DNA of 39,698 nt from an uncultured Saprospiraceae bacterium (GTDB lineage Bacteria; Bacteroidota; Bacteroidia; Chitinophagales; Saprospiraceae): NCBI GenBank assembly GCA_964564885.1, contig CAZMEH010000109.1:1-39698 (forward strand), written 5' to 3'. The notes beneath the pieces are model-generated. The model was not told where the DNA came from. It made no database searches and saw nothing but the letters and a program-made list of their open reading frames with translations. Position 1 is the first letter of the stretch, and each line of letters starts with the position of its first letter. This document shows positions 8,382 to 18,298 of the stretch, piece after piece. A program made the translations under genes and the position numbers.

Positions 8382-9767
8382 TTACTTTTCTTCCTCAGTA
8401 CTAGGTGCTTCTGGCGTTTCCGCAGGAGTTTCTTCAACTACTTCTACTTCAACTACTGCTGGAGTTTCAGCGATAGCTTCAACAACAGGAGCTTCAACTA
8501 CTTCTGCAACAGGTTCAGCTACTTTAGGAGTTTCCTCCACAACAGGAACTTCAACAGCAGGAGTTTCAACAATAGGAGCCGCTTCAACCGCTTCAACTAC
8601 AACAACAGGTTCAGCTGCTTTCGCTGCTGCTACTTTTGCATCTGCTTCCGCTTTCGCTGCTGCCTTTTCAGCTGCTACTTTTTGTTTAGCTTCATCTTCC
8701 GCCTGACGTCTTTCCGCTTTAGCTTTAGCCTGTTCCATCTTATCTTCTAGCTCGACTTTCGTCTTAAGCATTTCCGCTAACTTCGCATTTTTAGAATCGA
8801 TTCTTTCTTGAATCATTTTCAATTTTGCTTGACGGATTTGCGTTTCTAGTTGACCAGTATGGACAGAATTAATTTTTTTATGTTGGAATGACAAGTCTTC
8901 TTCATCACGTTTGATAGACGTTGTCATTTTATGAATTGCATTCATTAGTCCATCGTAACGACGAGAAAGTCGATCCGTAGGATTATTATTACTATTTGCA
9001 GCCGCACCAAAGCGTTTTTCTTTTACAACCTTGAATGCTTTGTCAATACGTTTCCAAATCTCATTACGAGAATCACGAGTTAACTTCGCTGTTTTGAAAT
9101 CATTTTGCATTCTTTTCAGCTCATCAAAAGCCGATTGCAAATTGATATTCTTTTCAATACGAGCTTCTAAATCTTCTAAATGACCCGCAAAACGATCGTA
9201 GCTAGCTTGAGACGCAACTTTGAATTCAGCATCAAGCGCAGCACGAAATTCTTTCAATTTCGCAAACAACGTATTTGTACGTTCTTTGAGCTGAGTAGCG
9301 TGATCCCTGAATAGGTTACGTTCTTGCATTTGCTCACGAACCTTTGCCCAGAAATTCTTTAAATCTTCCCACGCTTTGTGATCATAAGCTGTTAGCTTAT
9401 TGATGTGCGTAGAAAAATCATCTAACTCATTGATGTAAGATTGATTCAATTTAGAAGATAGCACCATGAAGTGCCATTCTGTTTGCGCACGCTGCAAGAT
9501 ATCTTGTTTATCAACGGTAATACCTTCTGGAACTAACGAACCAGAAACGGTCAAATCAGATTCAGTAGGAACACTTCCTTCTGGGAAAATAAAGACTTCT
9601 TTGTCTTCACGCCACTCAAAAAGTAGTTGATTGCCTAATTCTTCAGTAGCTGCTTCACCTGAGAATACCCAAGTTTTGACTTTGTTTTCGTCTGGTAAAA
9701 GCTGTAAAGCGATTAACGATTTATTTTCGTCACTATCTTTGCCCCAGAGTACAATTTTGGTTTTCAT
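8382..9767 (-). CDS. Hypothetical coiled-coil protein with acidic Val/Glu/Ala/Pro-rich C-terminal tail
   Basis: 461-aa ORF. The central helical region has blocks tentatively DUF349-like ('EIWKRIDKAFKVVKEKRF'). The last ~110 aa are low-complexity (AEAKAA..., VEAP/VETP repeats). Confidence 0.75.
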   Translation of the reverse strand: MKTKIVLWGKDSDENKSLIALQLLPDENKVKTWVFSGEAATEELGNQLLFEWREDKEVFIFPEGSVPTESDLTVSGSLVPEGITVDKQDILQRAQTEWHFMVLSSKLNQSYINELDDFSTHINKLTAYDHKAWEDLKNFWAKVREQMQERNLFRDHATQLKERTNTLFAKLKEFRAALDAEFKVASQASYDRFAGHLEDLEARIEKNINLQSAFDELKRMQNDFKTAKLTRDSRNEIWKRIDKAFKVVKEKRFGAAANSNNNPTDRLSRRYDGLMNAIHKMTTSIKRDEEDLSFQHKKINSVHTGQLETQIRQAKLKMIQERIDSKNAKLAEMLKTKVELEDKMEQAKAKAERRQAEDEAKQKVAAEKAAAKAEADAKVAAAKAAEPVVVVEAVEAAPIVETPAVEVPVVEETPKVAEPVAEVVEAPVVEAIAETPAVVEVEVVEETPAETPEAPSTEEEK

Positions 9768-10023
9768 AACAAACGCTGTGTATATTAAAAATCATTGTTC
9801 CGTTGTGATAAACAATTTTATCACCTCCTATATAAAGTAAAATATCGACCAAATGTTCTTTAAAAACAGGTAATTTCTTTCTATTTAGAAATTTATTACT
9901 CATTTCTCTATATTTAATAGATATATAAACCCTTATCAAAGTTACATTTTTCTGATAAATAAAAGAGAAAAGCCGTGTTTTATTGTTTAGGAACGTGCAA
10001 AGAATAAGTTCTACAAATACAAA

Positions 10024-10065
10024 AAGAACAATCGAACAGCAAGTTTCCGCTGTTCAATTGTTCTT
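10024..10065 (-). terminator. Rho-independent terminator after the E2 gene
   Basis: 17-bp stem (AAGAACAATCGAACAGC / GCTGTTCAATTGTTCTT, one mismatch) flanked by A and T runs. Confidence 0.8.
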
Positions 10066-10121
10066 TTCTAGTAATTCTATCAATACTTAATTAGAGATTT
10101 TTTATAATCTAAAGTCGCTCA

Positions 10122-11444
10122 TTAAATATCTCTTTTCATATCCCATGCTTCCATGTAGTCAGCGATTCGACGCAAAAATGATCCACCTAAGAAACCATCA
10201 ACTACTCTATGATCATAAGACAATGATAAGAACATCATTTGACGAATGGCAATCACATCACCGTATTCTGTTTCAACAACGGCTGGCTTCTTACGAATTG
10301 CACCAACTGCTAAAATCGCAACTTGCGGCTGATTGATAATTGGCGTTCCCATTACGTTTCCAAATGTTCCAACATTCGTTACCGTAAATGTTCCACCTTG
10401 TACTTCGTCAGGCTTCAATTTGTTGCTTCTCGCTCTATTTGCCAAGTCGTTAACAGATTTTGCTAAACCTGCAAGATTTTTATAATCCGCATTACGAATA
10501 ACAGGAACAATCAAATTTCCAGATGGTAAAGCAGCTGCCATACCTATGTTAATATCGTTTTTCTTGACGATTTGCGTTCCATCAATCGAAACATTCACCA
10601 TCGGGTAATCTCTCAATGCTTTGACAACACATTCTATAAAGATTGGCGTGAAAGTGATTTTTTCACCATAACGCTCTTGAAATTTACTTTTATTCGCCTT
10701 TCTCCAATTAAATAAGTTCGTCACATCTGCTTCAACAAATGAAGTAACGTGTGGAGAAACCTGTTTTGACATCACCATATGATCAGCGATCAAACGACGC
10801 ATTCTGTCCATTTCGATGATTTCAACATTGCCACTTCTATCAACGGGCGGTGCAGTCATTTTTGGCGCAGCTGCTTTTGGTGCTGCTGTTTTAGCTGGTT
10901 TCGCTACCGTTTTTTGTTTAGGAACTACTACAGCAGGCTCAGGCTTCGTATTTCGATTAGAAACGTATGCCAAAATATCTTTCTTGGTTACTCTTCCGTT
11001 TGAACCTGTTCCACTAACGTTAGCCAATTCTTGCTGAGAAATGCCTTCTGTCTTAGCAATATTTCTAACCAAAGGAGAATAAAAACGATCGTCTCCGTCA
11101 AATGCTAAATCAACGACTTCTTCAACAGTTGTCTGCTCAGTAACACCGTTTGTTGCAGCAGCTATATTTTCAGTTGCTGTTTCAACAGTTGTTTCTTCAC
11201 CATTGGCAGAACTAATAATAGCAATCACTTTTCCAACTTCTACTACATCACCTTCGGCAAAAAAGATTTCTTTAATAACGCCTTCGACTGGAGATGGCAC
11301 TTCGGAATCAACTTTATCCGTCGCAATTTCCAAGATAGTTTCGTCTTCTTCGACTGTATCACCAACTTGCTTATTCCAAGTAAGAATGGTCGCTTCTATG
11401 ATACTTTCGCCCATTTTAGGCATGACTAATTCAACGGTTGTCAT
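10122..11444 (-). CDS. 2-oxoacid dehydrogenase E2 component (dihydrolipoyllysine-residue acyltransferase)
   Basis: Lipoyl domain 'EIATDKVDSEVPSP', a peripheral subunit-binding domain 'SPLVRNIAKTEGISQQELANVSGTGSNGRVTKKDI' and a catalytic domain with 'SLSYDHRVVDG'. No E1/E3 gene adjacent. Confidence 0.93.
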   Translation of the reverse strand: MTTVELVMPKMGESIIEATILTWNKQVGDTVEEDETILEIATDKVDSEVPSPVEGVIKEIFFAEGDVVEVGKVIAIISSANGEETTVETATENIAAATNGVTEQTTVEEVVDLAFDGDDRFYSPLVRNIAKTEGISQQELANVSGTGSNGRVTKKDILAYVSNRNTKPEPAVVVPKQKTVAKPAKTAAPKAAAPKMTAPPVDRSGNVEIIEMDRMRRLIADHMVMSKQVSPHVTSFVEADVTNLFNWRKANKSKFQERYGEKITFTPIFIECVVKALRDYPMVNVSIDGTQIVKKNDINIGMAAALPSGNLIVPVIRNADYKNLAGLAKSVNDLANRARSNKLKPDEVQGGTFTVTNVGTFGNVMGTPIINQPQVAILAVGAIRKKPAVVETEYGDVIAIRQMMFLSLSYDHRVVDGFLGGSFLRRIADYMEAWDMKRDI

Positions 11445-11475
11445 ATTGCGTTTTACTTTAAAGGTGTGAGGAGCG

Positions 11476-11493
11476 TCCCGATAGTTATCGGGA
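11476..11493. repeat. TCCCGA-N6-TCGGGA hairpin module
   Basis: TCCCGA TAGTTA TCGGGA, followed by GTCAGATGTCAG. It lies 32 nt upstream of the E2 start codon. Confidence 0.9.
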
Positions 11494-11892
11494 GTCAGAT
11501 GTCAGTTTATTTGTGCTAACATCTTGAAACTTCATTTACAATTTTTACAAACTGATCAATTTATAAAAAATGTCTCAAAACCTATATTATTTTTTAATTC
11601 CAAGTTCATTTTTTTTCTTTACAAGAATACTCAACGAACGTAATTTTTTTTAAAAAGAGTGGAAATAATCGTTCCAATCTAGTTTTTAATTTTATAATTC
11701 CTAATTTACTAATGATAAAAGGATTTTATTAAAATTAAATTTTACAAAATGAAAGTAAACCTATTTTAAATTTCAAATCAGAAAAATGCTTTTTAAAAAT
11801 GTTTATCACAAATAAAATACTGTTTTTAGCCATTTATATCCCTTGATAAACCGTTCACTTTCAATGAGTAATGAACAAAAATATACTATTTT

Positions 11893-13134
11893 TTAGTTAG
11901 AAAGCAAGAATTTGCGCAAAATATTTAGTCCCATATTAGCGGTTCTCTTAATATTATGCATTCGATTATCAGAACCTTTTAACATATACGTCTCTACTCT
12001 GTCCTTGTTTCCGACCGCAATCCAAATTGTACCAACAGGTTTATCTGGCGTTCCACCGCTTGGTCCTGCAATTCCAGAAACCGCAATTCCATAGTCAACA
12101 TTTAACGCTTTCAAACCACCTTTTACCATCTCAATCACTGTTTGTTCGCTGACTGCGCCATGGTTTTTCAAGGTTTCTTTGCTAACGTCTAGCAAGTTCA
12201 TTTTGATTTCATTACTATACGCCACAATAGAACCTTTAAAGTAAGCAGAAGAACCAGAAATAGCAGTCAATTCATGCGCAATAAATCCGCCTGTACAGCT
12301 TTCAAATGTTCCAAGGCTCACGCCTTTTTCTTTGCAAACTCTACCCGCCGCTGCTGCAATAGATTCCGTTTCGTAACCGTAAATATATTCTGGAATCAAT
12401 GCATTTAGTTCTTGAACTTTAGCATCCAAAGCAGTATTTAATGCGGCTTCGTCTGTTCCTCTTGCCGTCAAACGCAAACGAACTTGCGCAATATTGGGTA
12501 AATATGCCAACTTGATAAACTTAGGCAAATTTGTTTCAAAATCTTCTATTGCCCTTGCTAGCATTCCTTCTCCAACACCAGCGGTTCGGATGGTTCTATG
12601 AACGATAGCCTGTTTAACAAATCTTGTTTTGAGTTTTGGAATAACGCCAAATTCCATCAAATACTTCATCTCATAAGGTACACCAGGCATTGAAACGTAG
12701 ATTTTTCCTTGGTGTTCAATCCACATGCCAGGCGCTGTGCCCATTTTATTATGAACAGTCGTACAATTAGCAGGCAAATAGCATTGTGTTCGGTGTGCCT
12801 CTTGAAGCGGATAACCTCTTTGTTTAAACATTCCTTGAATATGATTCCACATTCCTTCATTAAAAACCAAGTCTACACCAAAATATTCTGCAAGTACTTT
12901 CTTGGTAATATCATCTTTAGTTGGACCTAATCCGCCTGTCATTAAGATAACATCCGCATCCTTTGAAGCATGTTTCAATCCTTCCAAAATACCATAACGT
13001 GTATCACTTACCGTTAAGCTTTGATGTATTTCCAATCCTGCGAGATTGAGTTGTTGACCAATCCAAGCCGAGTTTGTATCTACAATTTGTCCAATCAGTA
13101 TCTCGTCGCCAATAGCTATGACATTTACATTCAT
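11893..13134 (-). CDS. cinA: CinA-family protein (MoCF-binding domain + NMN deamidase PncC-like domain)
   Basis: 413 aa with N-terminal 'AIGDEILIGQIVDTNSAWI...GGLGPTKDDITK' and a C-terminal CinA domain 'ESCTGGFIAHELTAISGSS...GTIWIAV'. Confidence 0.92.
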   Translation of the reverse strand: MNVNVIAIGDEILIGQIVDTNSAWIGQQLNLAGLEIHQSLTVSDTRYGILEGLKHASKDADVILMTGGLGPTKDDITKKVLAEYFGVDLVFNEGMWNHIQGMFKQRGYPLQEAHRTQCYLPANCTTVHNKMGTAPGMWIEHQGKIYVSMPGVPYEMKYLMEFGVIPKLKTRFVKQAIVHRTIRTAGVGEGMLARAIEDFETNLPKFIKLAYLPNIAQVRLRLTARGTDEAALNTALDAKVQELNALIPEYIYGYETESIAAAAGRVCKEKGVSLGTFESCTGGFIAHELTAISGSSAYFKGSIVAYSNEIKMNLLDVSKETLKNHGAVSEQTVIEMVKGGLKALNVDYGIAVSGIAGPSGGTPDKPVGTIWIAVGNKDRVETYMLKGSDNRMHNIKRTANMGLNILRKFLLSN

Positions 13135-13489
13135 AAGAGATTTGTTTTATTTACTCATATCACGCAGAGTTAGCGTCATCTTTTTTTGAAAATTATTGCA
13201 ATATCGAAAGGATAACAATTTAAAACAAGAATTGTCAATGAATGTCCCTAGAATTTATCATAATTTTAACTATTGCCCAGAGAATCCCAATATACACTAC
13301 TGTTTCATTCGGCCAAGAATCCTACTAATAGCGTAAAAAAAATATTATTGAAGATAAATTTTAATTGTGAAGTTGCCAATTTTAACTTATATTTCAATTT
13401 GAATTTCCGGAATTCAAATCATAAATAGGCAGAAGTTATTCTGCTTAATCGCTTAGTAATGAAATATAAATAACTTATAATCGAAAAGA

Positions 13490-16096
13490 ATGGTTTTTAA
13501 GAAAAAAAACGAAGCACTTGGCGGTAACTTTAAGATGAAGAGCATCAAGGTGTTTAGCTCTAAAGAAAACCTGTTTTTTAATAACAAGAAATATAGAAAG
13601 GTATTTGACGAACAGGAATGTAATTACATTTACTGTGAACTTTCCTTTTATAATAAGCTCTTTGATGAGCAGGATTGGGATACTCATATCAGCATGGTTT
13701 GCCAAAACCTGGACACCAATACGGAAGTTTGCAACCTCAAAAAAGAATTGAGTATTAGCAAAGACCGAAATGTGGTTTTGGTCAGAGAAGGCTGGGGCAC
13801 GCCTGATGCAGGTTGGTGGAAACGGGGCAAATATTCTTGGAAGGTTTTTGTTGGCGATGAAGAAATCGGCGAAACCATTTTTTATATTGTTAATGCTGGC
13901 TTAGTTTCAGAGGAAGAGAATCCATATTTTGAGATTGAATACATTAAGTTATTTGAAAGTCCTCGCAATGGTTTGCCGTTTGGTGAACGTACTTATTATA
14001 GTCAATACGACAAAGAGAATACTCGTTTTATCAATTTAGAAATATCGTTGAAAAACTATTTGACACATGAAGAGCAATTTCCGCTTGAAGTTCAATTCAA
14101 CTATTACAATGATACAGGGCTACTCAAAGCTCATGTTGAGTATTTAAAAGAAATAACAGATAAGCGGGATAAAATAATTTTAGATGCAGGTTATGGTTCT
14201 GCTACTTCTGATTATTGGTTTCCAGATCGCTATACGATTGAGGTTATTTTTATGGATCAGTTGATTGCGGTTGTTCCTTTTGTAGTAGGAGAAGAAGCTG
14301 TAGAACAAGAAGGTAACTTTGCGTTTACAAATGTTCATGGTCGTGTACCACAAATCGTTGAAACGGAGGAAGAAGATAAGAAATTGACCTTTGAAGAAGC
14401 GTCTGAGGAATTAGAAGCTTTGATTGGTTTGAAAACGGTTAAAGAGCAGTTGCGAGAATTGGCGTCTTATCTTCAGTTTTTAAAAATTAGAAAAGAAAAA
14501 GGTTTACAAGAAAGTAGTCGTTTTAGTTTGCATTCTGTCTTTTCGGGTAATCCAGGAACAGGAAAAACAACGGTTGCTAATATGCTAGGCAAAATTTATA
14601 ACAGCTTAGGATTGTTGTCTCATGGTAAAGTTCACGAAGTTGGTCGAGCAGACCTAGTTGGTGAATTTATTGGGCAAACTGCGCCAAAGGTCAAAAAAGC
14701 AATTGATAAGGCAAGAGGCGGTATTTTATTTATCGACGAAGCTTATTCATTGACTAATCGTGGTGATGATAAAAAAGATTTTGGTCGTGAAGTGATTGAA
14801 GTATTGTTGAAAGAAATGTCTGATGGTGAAGGTGATTTAGCCATTATTTGTGCTGGTTATCCGAAGGAAATGCAGCGTTTCTTGAATTCTAATCCCGGCA
14901 TGACTTCTCGCTTGAGAAACATTGTTCATTTCCCAGATTATACGCCAGAGGAATTGGTACAGGTAGCAGATTATACGTCGGTGAAGCGTGGCGTTATCAT
15001 TTCGGAAGGTGCGAAAGAACAGATTTATAAAAAACTAGTCGAAGCGTATCGCAATCGAAATGAGTATTTTGGAAATGCTAGATATGTGAATGGTGTGATT
15101 GAAGAGTCGAAGCAAAACATGGCGCTGCGATTGATGAAAAACAAAAATATCAAGCAATTAAGTAAAAAGAAACTTTCTACGATTGATGTTGCAGATGTTA
15201 AAAAAGCATTTAAGAAAAATACTAAAAAACGAGTCAAATTGCCAATTGATGAAGCATTATTAGAAGATGCTTTGACGCAATTACATGATTTGGTTGGTTT
15301 AGGAGATGTTAAAAAGGAAGTGGACGAGATGGCGAAATTGGTTCGCTATTATCGTGAAATTGGAAAAAATATTGGTCGAGCATTTTCGTTACACACTGTT
15401 TTTAAAGGTAATTCAGGAACAGGAAAAACAACGATAGCAAGGTTGATTGTCCAGATTTATAAATCACTTGGAATCCTCGAGCGTGGTCAATTAATTGAAG
15501 TGGATAGAAAGGATTTGGTCGCAGGTTTTGTTGGTCAGACGGCTATCAAAACAGGCAAAATGATTGACAAAGCAATGGGCGGTGGTTTGTTTATTGATGA
15601 AGCTTATGCCTTGAATGCTAGTCAGTTTGGAAAGGAAGCGATTGAAACTTTATTGAAGCGAATGGAAGACCATCGTGGTGATTTTATGGTCATTGTTGCT
15701 GGTTATCCGCAAGAAATGACGGAGTTTTTAGAAGCAAATCCTGGCTTGCTTTCTCGTTTTGATAAACAATTTAATTTTCCAGATTATAAGGAAACAGAGT
15801 TGCTTGAGATTGTTAAAATGATGTTTGAACAAGAAGAGTTGAAACTGAATGACGAAGCGAGCGAACGTTTGAATAACTACATTGGAAACTTAGTAAAGAA
15901 CAAGCATAAGTACTTTGGAAATGCACGTACGGTGCGTAAAATTGTTCAACAGTCTGTTCGTCAACAACACCTGAGAATGGCTGCTATGTCTTCTAGTGAT
16001 AGAAGTAAAGAGATGATTCAGACGGTTATTTTGGAAGATGTTCAAGAGTTTAGCTTGATGGAAGAACAGGATAGAAGTACGATTGGATTTAGATAA
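13490..16096 (+). CDS. Tandem CbbX/SpoVK-type AAA+ ATPase with duplicated N-terminal domain of unknown function
   Basis: 868 aa. Two AAA+ modules carry Walker A 'GNPGTGKTT' (14546-14572) and 'GNSGTGKTT' (15407-15433), each with 'LFIDEAY', 'AGYP.EM..F...NPG..SR' and 'YFGNAR' blocks. N-terminal residues ~16-135 and ~149-266 are internal repeats. An alternative start is Met16 (13535). Confidence 0.9.
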   Translation: MVFKKKNEALGGNFKMKSIKVFSSKENLFFNNKKYRKVFDEQECNYIYCELSFYNKLFDEQDWDTHISMVCQNLDTNTEVCNLKKELSISKDRNVVLVREGWGTPDAGWWKRGKYSWKVFVGDEEIGETIFYIVNAGLVSEEENPYFEIEYIKLFESPRNGLPFGERTYYSQYDKENTRFINLEISLKNYLTHEEQFPLEVQFNYYNDTGLLKAHVEYLKEITDKRDKIILDAGYGSATSDYWFPDRYTIEVIFMDQLIAVVPFVVGEEAVEQEGNFAFTNVHGRVPQIVETEEEDKKLTFEEASEELEALIGLKTVKEQLRELASYLQFLKIRKEKGLQESSRFSLHSVFSGNPGTGKTTVANMLGKIYNSLGLLSHGKVHEVGRADLVGEFIGQTAPKVKKAIDKARGGILFIDEAYSLTNRGDDKKDFGREVIEVLLKEMSDGEGDLAIICAGYPKEMQRFLNSNPGMTSRLRNIVHFPDYTPEELVQVADYTSVKRGVIISEGAKEQIYKKLVEAYRNRNEYFGNARYVNGVIEESKQNMALRLMKNKNIKQLSKKKLSTIDVADVKKAFKKNTKKRVKLPIDEALLEDALTQLHDLVGLGDVKKEVDEMAKLVRYYREIGKNIGRAFSLHTVFKGNSGTGKTTIARLIVQIYKSLGILERGQLIEVDRKDLVAGFVGQTAIKTGKMIDKAMGGGLFIDEAYALNASQFGKEAIETLLKRMEDHRGDFMVIVAGYPQEMTEFLEANPGLLSRFDKQFNFPDYKETELLEIVKMMFEQEELKLNDEASERLNNYIGNLVKNKHKYFGNARTVRKIVQQSVRQQHLRMAAMSSSDRSKEMIQTVILEDVQEFSLMEEQDRSTIGFR

Positions 16097-16184
16097 ATGA
16101 GTAGTTTCGAAATGGCTTTTATTTCGTTTAAAACCACGTTTACTAAACTTCAAAAGTTTAGTAAACGTAAGTCTAAGCTATTAT

Positions 16185-17591
16185 TTAATCCTCTTGAATC
16201 CCTAATGCTTCTTCAAGAACTACAGGTTTTTCTATTGGAAATGCGATAAAGAAAGTTGCGCCTTTATTGGTATCCGATTCGACCCAAATTTTTCCGTCGT
16301 GGTTTTCTACTATTTTTTTACAAATAGCTAAACCTATTCCTGTTCCTTCTATCTTATTGTGACCTAATCGCTCAAAAGGCGAGAAAATACTATTCGTTTT
16401 TTCACGAGGAATACCCATTCCGTTATCTTGAATTCTAATAATATTATACTTTCCTTTGGTTTCACTTGAAATCTCTACAAGCGGATGCATTGTTGGCTTA
16501 TGAAATTTAATCGCATTTCCAATCAAATTTTGGAAAAGTTGTGTCATGTGAGAAAACGAAGCATGAATATTTGGAAGAACCTCCTCAGCTATTTCAACAT
16601 TAGCATTTTTTTCTTTTATCTGAATTTCAAGATTTTTAATGGCTATCTCAATCGGATATTGAATATTAACTACGTCTTTAAAAACCTCCTTATTTGCTGC
16701 TGTAGCGTATTGTAATAAATCATCAAGCATCTCTTTCATCCTGTGAGAACCATCAATGATGAAGAACATAAACTGAGTTGTATCTTCATCTAATTTCCCT
16801 TTTAATCTACGTTTTATGAGCTGTGTATAGCTATTAATCATTCGTAGCGGCTCTTTCAAATCATGTGAAACAATGTAAGCAAAAGTTCTTAAATCTTCAT
16901 TTGAGGCTTTTAATAAATCTTGCGATCCTTCTAGTTCTTGATTTGATTTCCTAAGCGCATCATTTTGATAGCGCACCATTTTTCTTTGAGTGTTCAGCGC
17001 TTCGTTTTTATTATTAATTGTTTTTACTAAAAAGAGCGCTGCTTTTTCTTTTTGGTCTTGCTCTAACTTGAACGTTTCTAAAGTAAAATAGATAATTATA
17101 GCAACAACTGCATGGGTGGTATACTTCATATAAGGTAGAAAAAATATAGGTTCTTGATTTTTTATTAAAGAGCCGAAAATGAATGCAAGGACATGTAATG
17201 CTAAAAAAATGATGTGTTCCTTATTTTTATCCAGTAAGATGAGCATCATAGAAAAAGAAGCTAGCAAAAGACTTTGTCCACCACTGTCCCAACCGTACAT
17301 TATTGAAAATGAACAAGTTAGTAGAAGAATAGAAGTAATTGCAAATATTTTGCCTATATAAAATTGTTTTTTTGAATGAAACCAGATAATGGCTGACATG
17401 AAACATATAAACGGTAAAGAATGAAATAGCACAAAAAAACCTTCAGCGATTACTCTAATAATTGAGTTTATTATTGCTGCAATAACAAAAACCAAAGCTA
17501 TTTGATTTAATAGCTTTACGCGTTTTCGATCATAAACAGTTGTGTTATCATCAATACCAACATTTGATATTAATTGCCAATACTTCTTCAT
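16185..17591 (-). CDS. Membrane-bound sensor histidine kinase (orphan)
   Basis: N-terminal multi-helix membrane region, coiled coil, H-box 'FAYIVSHDLKEPLRMI', and N and G boxes ('NLIGNAIKF', 'GTGIGLAICKKIV'). No response regulator in the window. Confidence 0.9.
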   Translation of the reverse strand: MKKYWQLISNVGIDDNTTVYDRKRVKLLNQIALVFVIAAIINSIIRVIAEGFFVLFHSLPFICFMSAIIWFHSKKQFYIGKIFAITSILLLTCSFSIMYGWDSGGQSLLLASFSMMLILLDKNKEHIIFLALHVLAFIFGSLIKNQEPIFFLPYMKYTTHAVVAIIIYFTLETFKLEQDQKEKAALFLVKTINNKNEALNTQRKMVRYQNDALRKSNQELEGSQDLLKASNEDLRTFAYIVSHDLKEPLRMINSYTQLIKRRLKGKLDEDTTQFMFFIIDGSHRMKEMLDDLLQYATAANKEVFKDVVNIQYPIEIAIKNLEIQIKEKNANVEIAEEVLPNIHASFSHMTQLFQNLIGNAIKFHKPTMHPLVEISSETKGKYNIIRIQDNGMGIPREKTNSIFSPFERLGHNKIEGTGIGLAICKKIVENHDGKIWVESDTNKGATFFIAFPIEKPVVLEEALGIQED

Positions 17592-18165
17592 TCGTGACTA
17601 TCCCTTATTTTATTTGGTAATTTTTCAATATATACAAGTATCTTGCCATAGTTTTTATAAAACTATATGTTTATAAAAATTATTTATTTTTGTATTTTAT
17701 TCCGGGAAATCCTAATACGCCTTAAGCGAGCATTTGATATACTAAAAAGTCTATATCAAAATTTCAAAGAATGGGTAACTTGTTTTGTGGCAGTAGTAAT
17801 AGAAGGATAAGTGTATTGTCTATGTAATATATAATATAAAAAAAAAATACAATATTAAAGATGATTTTAACGAATTTCTGACCTGAACCCTTACAATCTT
17901 ATTATATATAGTTTTACTGTTTTTATTATTTTAAACCTATTTAAAAGTTATTTTTAGGAACGGGAGATCGCTGAGGTCACTTTGTTTCTGATATTAGAAA
18001 AGCTTAAAAGGTGGTCAAAATCTATAAAAACAATTATCATTTTTGATTTTTCTAATGTAGACAATTATAAATTTAAACTTAATAATTTTTTATCCGTTCT
18101 TAGATAATATTTTACTTATTTCTATTGAACCTTTATTAAAATTCTTTCCTTTTAATACAAGTCCG

Positions 18166-18173
18166 TACTTTTG
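18166..18173 (+). promoter_or_regulatory. Bacteroidota -7 box (TAnnTTTG), lysS promoter
   Basis: TACTTTTG lies ~125 nt upstream of the lysS ATG. The predicted 5' UTR contains the CT-arm/hairpin repeat element. Confidence 0.45.
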
Positions 18174-18225
18174 CAAAAAATTACAAGAAAATTATTTGAG
18201 AATTGAGTTTGCAAATGAAGAGAAT

Positions 18226-18287
18226 TTAAAATCTCTCTTCTCTCAGAGCCGATTAATCGGCACGTTCTCTTTTCTCTCTTCTTTATA
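18226..18287 (-). repeat. Purine-arm / hairpin / purine-arm element (copy 2, inverted)
   Basis: The reverse complement reads AAGAAGAGAGAAAAGAGAAC-GT-[GCCGATTAATCGGC]-TC-TGAGAGAAGAGAGA. The architecture matches 8244-8300 but the hairpin core differs. Confidence 0.85.
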
Positions 18288-18298
18288 AAAATAACAAT

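Noticed and set aside
8334-8750. 138-aa plus-strand ORF (F/R/S/N/C-rich)
   Set aside because: It is a shadow ORF antisense to the repetitive VEAP-tail coding DNA of the 461-aa gene. It is of extreme low complexity, and the terminator at 8326-8352 lies at its start.
13490-17591. AAA+ ATPase plus histidine kinase as a two-gene signalling or defence module
   Set aside because: The genes are convergent, separated by an 88-bp gap. There is no response regulator, nuclease or other effector gene. The juxtaposition is probably coincidental.
17592-18298. 707-bp ORF-free AT-rich region between the histidine kinase and lysS: hidden tRNA, sRNA or mobile remnant?
   Set aside because: I found no tRNA-like T-arm (GTTCGAATC-type) or acceptor pairing, no terminator-delimited unit and no terminal inverted repeats. 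Only a -7 box, a degenerate TCTGA-type word near 17958-17995 and the CT-arm element near lysS could be supported.
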